Made by a program: the position numbers and the translations under genes | The notes under the pieces: model-generated | Told to the model about the DNA's origin: nothing | Database searches by the model: none | What the model saw: only the letters and a program-made list of their open reading frames with translations | From: an uncultured Gammaproteobacteria bacterium | GTDB lineage: Bacteria > Patescibacteriota > Patescibacteriia > Magasanikbacterales > GWA2-37-8 | Direction: 5' to 3' | Length of the DNA: 64,000 nt | Assembly: GCA_964619625.1 (NCBI GenBank) | Contig: CAZUFD010000002.1 | Span: 14,582-78,581, forward strand | Shown here: positions 58,868 to 64,000 of the stretch, one piece after another | How the letters are laid out: each line of letters opens with the position of its first letter | Position numbering within the stretch: position 1 is the stretch's first letter

Positions 58868-59041
58868 ATGAAGGTCATACTCATTACCAAAGGCAGCGCG
58901 CCTTTTCTGATCGTTTACCTCATTGCCAGTGTGCTCGCCTGGGTCAATCAGGAACACCTCCTGTCCGTACTGTGCGTGGCGCTTGTAGCCATTCACATCT
59001 TCGCAATCAATTTCTATGTCCTGCTCAAAGAGAGGAAATAG
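58868..59041 (+). CDS. Small two-TM orphan protein
   Basis: MKVILITKG.. preceded by GGAG; followed by AGCCGGTACC/GGTACCGGCT terminator. Confidence 0.5.
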   Translation: MKVILITKGSAPFLIVYLIASVLAWVNQEHLLSVLCVALVAIHIFAINFYVLLKERK

Positions 59042-59132
59042 AAATGGAAACAAACTCTCCTTAGCCGGTACCCAGGTACCGGCTTTCGCAATATTGATTT
59101 TTTATTTTTTAAAAAGTATAATTGCCAGCAAT

Positions 59133-59206
59133 CGGGGTGTAGTTCAGTTGGCTAGAACGCATGGCTGGGGGTCATGAGGTCGCAGGTTCAAGTCCTGTCA
59201 CCCCGA
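59133..59206 (+). tRNA. tRNA-Pro(GGG)
   Basis: CGGGGTG/CACCCCG acceptor stem; CATGG-CTGGGGG-TCATG anticodon arm. Confidence 0.94.
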
Positions 59207-59209
59207 CAA

Positions 59210-59797
59210 TTATCTAAAACGCACTTCCACTTCCCTATTTCCGGGAATCAGTTTTAGCAGTCGTTCAATTTCTTTTTTAGTATTTTCTTTAGCTTCATTT
59301 TGCACTATTTCACTATGCGCCGCGGTCAAAGCTGCCTCTTTTAATTTAGTGTAAGCGGCATTATAACCGTCATCATTGTTAAAAATTTTTTTGAAGATTC
59401 CCTGTTTATTTTGCAAAGCAATATCGCCTATGAGCTCCACCCCATGATCTTCCAAGGCTGGTACATTAACCGTGATGGTTTGGGCGCTAACAGAAATATC
59501 TTCCAGCGATATTTTATTTAAATCTACTCCCAAACTCGCTTTCATCGTACCCATAGCCACGATATCTTGACCCCAAAAAAAGTCTTTAAACGCGCTGCCC
59601 GTGGAGCGGTCTATGGTAATCTGCTGGGTAATAATATATGTTTCAGTAACCAAAAATCCTTCGTGCTTTAACGCTTGTACGATAGATTGTGAACTTACCT
59701 GTTCACCTGGTTGACTTGGTTTGCCAAGACGGTAGCCCACCAAAAGACTTGCAGCTACGATTACTAAGACACCGATAGTTATTAATTTGTTTTTCAT
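59210..59797 (-). CDS. DUF4230 domain protein
   Basis: N-terminal TM; G..KA.LGVDL.KI...I.V....I.V.VP; A....I..EAKEN. Confidence 0.75.
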   Translation of the reverse strand: MKNKLITIGVLVIVAASLLVGYRLGKPSQPGEQVSSQSIVQALKHEGFLVTETYIITQQITIDRSTGSAFKDFFWGQDIVAMGTMKASLGVDLNKISLEDISVSAQTITVNVPALEDHGVELIGDIALQNKQGIFKKIFNNDDGYNAAYTKLKEAALTAAHSEIVQNEAKENTKKEIERLLKLIPGNREVEVRFR

Positions 59798-59981
59798 AAA
59801 TTGATATTTAATGTAACACAGACCCTTATCTTTGCCAAGTTATTTTATAAAAACAAAAAACCGCCTGCTCACTAGTTTCCACATTGGTGAAAAATAATGA
59901 GCATAGCGGCGGTCTTGTGTTGACCTCCGCCATGCTTACTCCCAAGGAGTCAAGCGAAGCGAAGGTCTGGTTGCGAATGGT

Positions 59982-60425
59982 TCAGTTCACGGTAGCCTGC
60001 TGGTATCGGACCGCAGACGGACGACGGTGGCCTGAAGAAGGCAGCAGTGCCTTCACCACCGACGGAGTCGGAGGCTGAGCCACAAGCTCAGGCATCGTGA
60101 CCGAGCAGCGCATCAGAACGACCCAGACCGGATCAGGCTTCACCCCTCCCTGCAATTTCAGGGCCGCGGCGGTAGCATGACGGTCTGTCACCACCTCACC
60201 TGTCATGGCAGTGACGAGCTGCACGTCGCGCATCGCCCGCATCAACAGGTGGGCGTGACGCTGCTGCTGAGCACGAGAGTCAGCGCGATGATTGGGAATA
60301 TCGCCGTAGCGCACCTTCCCAACATGGAACTGACGGGCGCCTTTCTCACCCTCTGGGTCACGTGACATCACGACGCAGACCACTTCTACGTCGTCCTGCG
60401 AACGCTTGGTTGACCGTTTCTTCAT
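59982..60425 (-). CDS. Hypothetical protein (GC-rich orphan)
   Basis: MKKRSTK.. preceded by TAAGGGGGGAACC. Confidence 0.55.
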   Translation of the reverse strand: MKKRSTKRSQDDVEVVCVVMSRDPEGEKGARQFHVGKVRYGDIPNHRADSRAQQQRHAHLLMRAMRDVQLVTAMTGEVVTDRHATAAALKLQGGVKPDPVWVVLMRCSVTMPELVAQPPTPSVVKALLPSSGHRRPSAVRYQQATVN

Positions 60426-60450
60426 GGTTCCCCCCTTATGAAGATTGGGC

Positions 60451-60639
60451 CTACCGGCGACCCGAGCGGGAACCGCCCGGCATTGTTCCCCGACGACCAT
60501 TGTCGCCCGGGGGACGGTTGTGGAAGGCATCCTTCTGACGCCGGATTCCAGCCTCGGTGTTATCGCCGGACGGATCATCCGTCTCGTTGCGCGCTTCCTC
60601 GATCGAGATGTTGGAAGAGTGACCGTTCCATCGAGTCAT
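60451..60639 (-). CDS. Small hydrophilic/disordered orphan protein
   Basis: 62 aa with GAGAGGAAA SD; first ORF after a strong promoter. Confidence 0.4.
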   Translation of the reverse strand: MTRWNGHSSNISIEEARNETDDPSGDNTEAGIRRQKDAFHNRPPGDNGRRGTMPGGSRSGRR

Positions 60640-60844
60640 GTGAAGTTTCCTCTCAGACTTAACCGGTGAAGATCAAGCAAAGAAATTCCAACTGGAATGC
60701 CTTAAGTGGCCTGCAGAACCGCACTCGCGACTCTGCACTTCCATACTTGCACCGATCTGCGTACTGCATACCTGAATTTCAGATATAAAATACGCAGACC
60801 GGTGAAACATTTAAAAATATTTTATCTGTAAAAGAACTTGCAAC

Positions 60845-60873
60845 AGTATACGTTAAAAAATAAATTTTGTCAA
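60845..60873 (-). promoter_or_regulatory. Sigma70 promoter of the GC-rich cassette
   Basis: TTGACA-17nt-TATACT. Confidence 0.7.
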
Positions 60874-60923
60874 TAAAAATAAGAATCGCTCCCTCTACGA
60901 CCGAGCGACCCTCCTCACTAGCT

Positions 60924-62006
60924 CTAAAGTTCCACTAGTGTATTTTCTCCCAAAATCATTTTTTGATGCCCCGATTCATTCTTTGTCACCATTACCCCCA
61001 AACCAACAATACTTCCTATGAGTTTAATATCACAATCAATGGTGCATTTATTTAAAATGATTGAATCTTTAATTTCTGCTTTGCGAATCTTAGTGCCCGC
61101 GCCAATCGTAGTATTAGGACTAATTATACAATCTTCCAGGGTGCAGTTTTCACCAATAAGCACTGGGCCGGTAATTGTAACGTTTTTATTTACGGTTGTA
61201 CCTACGCCAATTCTCACGTTGCCGCTTATGCGCGCTCCAGATTCAACAGCCCCTTCAATGTTAAAATTTTCGGCTGGGATTTCTTTAAGCAATAATTCGC
61301 TGGCCAGAATCAGATCTTCCGGTTTACCGGTATCCTTCCACCAGCCGGTAATTTCTTTATACCCGACTTTAAAATTATTTTTTAATAAATCCGAGTGAAT
61401 GCTGGAAATTTCATATTCTCCCCTCTCGCTTTTCTCAATATTATTAAAGGCTTTAAAAAATACGCCCGGACCATATAAATAAATACCGGTAACCGCAAAA
61501 TTATTAGGAGGAGTTGCGGGTTTTTCTAGAACATCCGTTAACGTACCGCTGGCGTCTAACACCGGCACGCCAAATCGTTCCGGATCCGGCACTTGCGACA
61601 GAGCAAGCATGCAATCGTAGTTGCCTTCTATAAATTCATCTACAAAATCTTTAATGCTGCCTAAAATAACATTATCCGATAAATAAAATAAAAACGGATC
61701 ATTGCCGATAAACTTTTCGGCCTGTTTTACCACATGGGCCACCCCTTGCGGCCCACCCTCCTGCTCAAAGAATGTAATCTTTATTCCCCAATGACCGCCA
61801 TCACCGATATATTTTTGCAATTCCGTTTCCCCAGGATTGGTATTTATAAAAATCTCTTCCACTCCCGCACTTACCGCCTTTTCAATCGCATGAAAAATCA
61901 TCGGCTTGTTGGCCAGCGGAATTAAGTGTTTGTTCATAGTGGAAGTTACAGGGCGAAGTCTAGTAGCCCTGCCACCTCCGGTTAATATCGCTTTTTTAAT
62001 TTTCAT
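60924..62006 (-). CDS. rmlA: Glucose-1-phosphate thymidylyltransferase (long form)
   Basis: GGRATRLRP, KHLIP.ANKPM, PERFGV, EKP, RGEYEI, GWWKDTG; hexapeptide tail. Confidence 0.9.
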   Translation of the reverse strand: MKIKKAILTGGGRATRLRPVTSTMNKHLIPLANKPMIFHAIEKAVSAGVEEIFINTNPGETELQKYIGDGGHWGIKITFFEQEGGPQGVAHVVKQAEKFIGNDPFLFYLSDNVILGSIKDFVDEFIEGNYDCMLALSQVPDPERFGVPVLDASGTLTDVLEKPATPPNNFAVTGIYLYGPGVFFKAFNNIEKSERGEYEISSIHSDLLKNNFKVGYKEITGWWKDTGKPEDLILASELLLKEIPAENFNIEGAVESGARISGNVRIGVGTTVNKNVTITGPVLIGENCTLEDCIISPNTTIGAGTKIRKAEIKDSIILNKCTIDCDIKLIGSIVGLGVMVTKNESGHQKMILGENTLVEL

Positions 62007-62017
62007 ATGCACTTGTT

Positions 62018-63109
62018 CTACCAAAAAATTATCCGTTTGGCAATAAACCAATAGGCTGTCATAAGCGGGTTGGCAATATACTTAAGCAAAGGATTATTAA
62101 TGTCTTTTTCTTCAAAAACAACCTTACCCGCAGCCATTTCTAACATTTTTTTATCACTGACTTTACGAATAGATTGGATATGTTTACGCTTTTCCAGCCA
62201 CAAATCCCAATGTTTCGGATCAAGCCAGTACGCGTAAATACTCATCCGCACTTTAAACCAACCGGTCATGATGGAAAAAAGGATCAAACCAAATTCCATA
62301 ATTATGGCCATGGGCAAAAGCAGAATTAAAGTCGTCCACTTAAAATACATAAGCATCACGCCGTAACGGTTTCTTTCCATATAATAAAACTTGTCCTGGT
62401 TGCGGCTAAATTGATACTTATGATAAAAAATCGCGTCCCGGACGATACAGACTTTATAACCCACCGCTCTCATACGCAATGAATATTCCAAATCTTCATG
62501 ATACAAGAAAAAATCTTTATCCCAGGCGCCGTATTCCCTAAGCAATTTAGCTCGCATCAGCAACGAAGCGCCACTGGCATAACCGACCTCTTCAACCTCT
62601 TTTAATTTTAAATCGCTTTTTTTGTGTCTGAAGCTGCCGCAATAACCAAAACCTAGATAATGAAATAAATTACCGGCTGTATTTACTAATTCTGTTTCCG
62701 GATAAAGCAATAACAAAGATTGAGCCGCGCCAATCTGCGGGTCCCGCTCTAAGGCAGCCACCATTTGCTCCAAACAATCGGCGGCCATAAAGCCGTCATT
62801 ATTATGGAAATAAATATATTCAAAACCGTGTTCCAAAGCCCAGGCAATGCCTACATTATTTCCGCCGGAAAAACCAAGATTTTCTTTTTGCGGCAATAAC
62901 GTAACATGCGGAATGGCAGTCCCAGAAATTGGTAATAATTTTTCTTCCAGGTTTCTCATGGAAGAGCCAAATTTAGGATGGAGATTATCTACCACAATAA
63001 ACTCTACTCTATCTTTTGGATAGGTAATTTTTTCTAAAGACGACACCACATCGTCCAAATAGATGTCCGAGTTAAACGAAAGGTAAATAATTGCCACTTT
63101 TGGATTCAT
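62018..63109 (-). CDS. GT2 glycosyltransferase (rhamnosyltransferase-like)
   Basis: NLGFSGGNN, NND, SGA, FFLYHEDLE, RNR. Confidence 0.9.
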   Translation of the reverse strand: MNPKVAIIYLSFNSDIYLDDVVSSLEKITYPKDRVEFIVVDNLHPKFGSSMRNLEEKLLPISGTAIPHVTLLPQKENLGFSGGNNVGIAWALEHGFEYIYFHNNDGFMAADCLEQMVAALERDPQIGAAQSLLLLYPETELVNTAGNLFHYLGFGYCGSFRHKKSDLKLKEVEEVGYASGASLLMRAKLLREYGAWDKDFFLYHEDLEYSLRMRAVGYKVCIVRDAIFYHKYQFSRNQDKFYYMERNRYGVMLMYFKWTTLILLLPMAIIMEFGLILFSIMTGWFKVRMSIYAYWLDPKHWDLWLEKRKHIQSIRKVSDKKMLEMAAGKVVFEEKDINNPLLKYIANPLMTAYWFIAKRIIFW

Positions 63110-63111
63110 AC

Positions 63112-63951
63112 TTAGTGAGGAAAATGTTTAAAATTATGACGCCATTTCCACATATATTGCAGCCAGCTCTGCAAATGAATGCGGGCCAGCTTGTTTTTTA
63201 TAAGCGCCTTAAAAATACCGGGTACCTTAGCTGAATCACGATTATATTTATGCGTAATTATAATATCATGCACGTAATATATTGGCCAACCATTATTCCA
63301 CATCGTGCGGCACCAGTCGCTATCTTCCAGGTACATAAAATACTGCTCATCAAACCAGCCAACTTGATCTATAGCTTCCTTGCGCACGACCATGGCTGCC
63401 CCAAGCACCCAATCTACGGGTCGAGTGGAATTATGATCAAAATCTTTCATAAGCAACCAGTCGGAAAACTTTTTTACCCAGCTGTATTTTTTATCAAAAT
63501 TTATTTGTTTAAGCGGCTTGATAAGCATTGATTGCAAATCAAATCTATAGCAAGAATACTGTAACGTACCGTCAATATTTAACAGCTTCGTGCCAATACA
63601 GCCAATCTTTGGATGCTCGTCCATGAATTTTATTACTCGCTCTATAACATAAGAATTTTCGGGAATAACCGTATCCGGATTTAAGGCAAAGTAATATCGA
63701 GCCGGGGCGGATTTAAAACCGATCGTGTTGCCTTTGCCAAAACCTACATTACCACCACAGTCCACATAGTTTACCAAAGGAAATTGCGCAGCCAAGGCTT
63801 CTTTTATGCCATCCTGATTTTGTGAGTTGTCAGCTACGGTAACGGCAACGGCATACGGACAATTAGATATATCATTAAAAACTGAAGCCACGGCATGCAA
63901 AATGTCGTCTTTCATCAAATAATTTACAAAAACTATATTTATGTCCTTCAT
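63112..63951 (-). CDS. GT2 glycosyltransferase (WbbL-like)
   Basis: NVGFGKGN, LNPD, VDWVLGA, FDEQYFMYLEDSDWC. Confidence 0.92.
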   Translation of the reverse strand: MKDINIVFVNYLMKDDILHAVASVFNDISNCPYAVAVTVADNSQNQDGIKEALAAQFPLVNYVDCGGNVGFGKGNTIGFKSAPARYYFALNPDTVIPENSYVIERVIKFMDEHPKIGCIGTKLLNIDGTLQYSCYRFDLQSMLIKPLKQINFDKKYSWVKKFSDWLLMKDFDHNSTRPVDWVLGAAMVVRKEAIDQVGWFDEQYFMYLEDSDWCRTMWNNGWPIYYVHDIIITHKYNRDSAKVPGIFKALIKNKLARIHLQSWLQYMWKWRHNFKHFPH

Positions 63952-64000
63952 AATCGAAATGAGTGAGTGAAGTGATAAATTTGTTTGATCACTTCCGAAC
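63949..64000 (-). repeat. Start-codon-abutting structured repeat, family A (partial, cut by window edge)
   Basis: CATAATCGAAATGAGTGAGT, GAAGTGAT/ATCACTTC hairpin, CGA. Confidence 0.7.

Noticed and set aside
60690-60745. c-di-GMP-II riboswitch (GGCCACTT word)
   Set aside because: Pseudoknot partner and K-turn could not be found; left as an unknown leader

Overview
Core-plus-accessory chromosomal window of a CPR/Patescibacteria bacterium. It looks like Parcubacteria, possibly Magasanikbacteria-like; this is inferred from the gene complement, 'GAGC' lipoboxes, archaeal-type PyrH, alpha2-type GlyRS and standard genetic code. Housekeeping genes: folD, secA/secD/secF, tdk, msrA, a DEAD-box helicase, tpiA, glyS, frr, holB, mreB, rplJ/rplL, rpmG, rpmB, pyrH, sugar-transfer genes and six tRNAs. 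No integrase, transposase, CRISPR array or rRNA was seen. Most notable observations: (1) a glycine T-box with an ultrashort Stem I and a transcription terminator upstream of glyS, with a separate promoter- and terminator-bounded ~100-nt antisense hairpin RNA nested in the same leader; (2) a cobalamin riboswitch heading a transcobalamin-like/DUF4430 plus DUF6580 operon; (3) an RnfD-like/FAD-oxidoreductase/Rieske fusion next to a cupredoxin lipoprotein; (4) two families of dispersed structured intergenic repeats, one abutting the start codons of six unrelated genes; (5) GC-rich orphan cassettes, including an outer-membrane-type beta-barrel; (6) a large fibre/adhesin cluster. All calls are by eye; no databases were searched.
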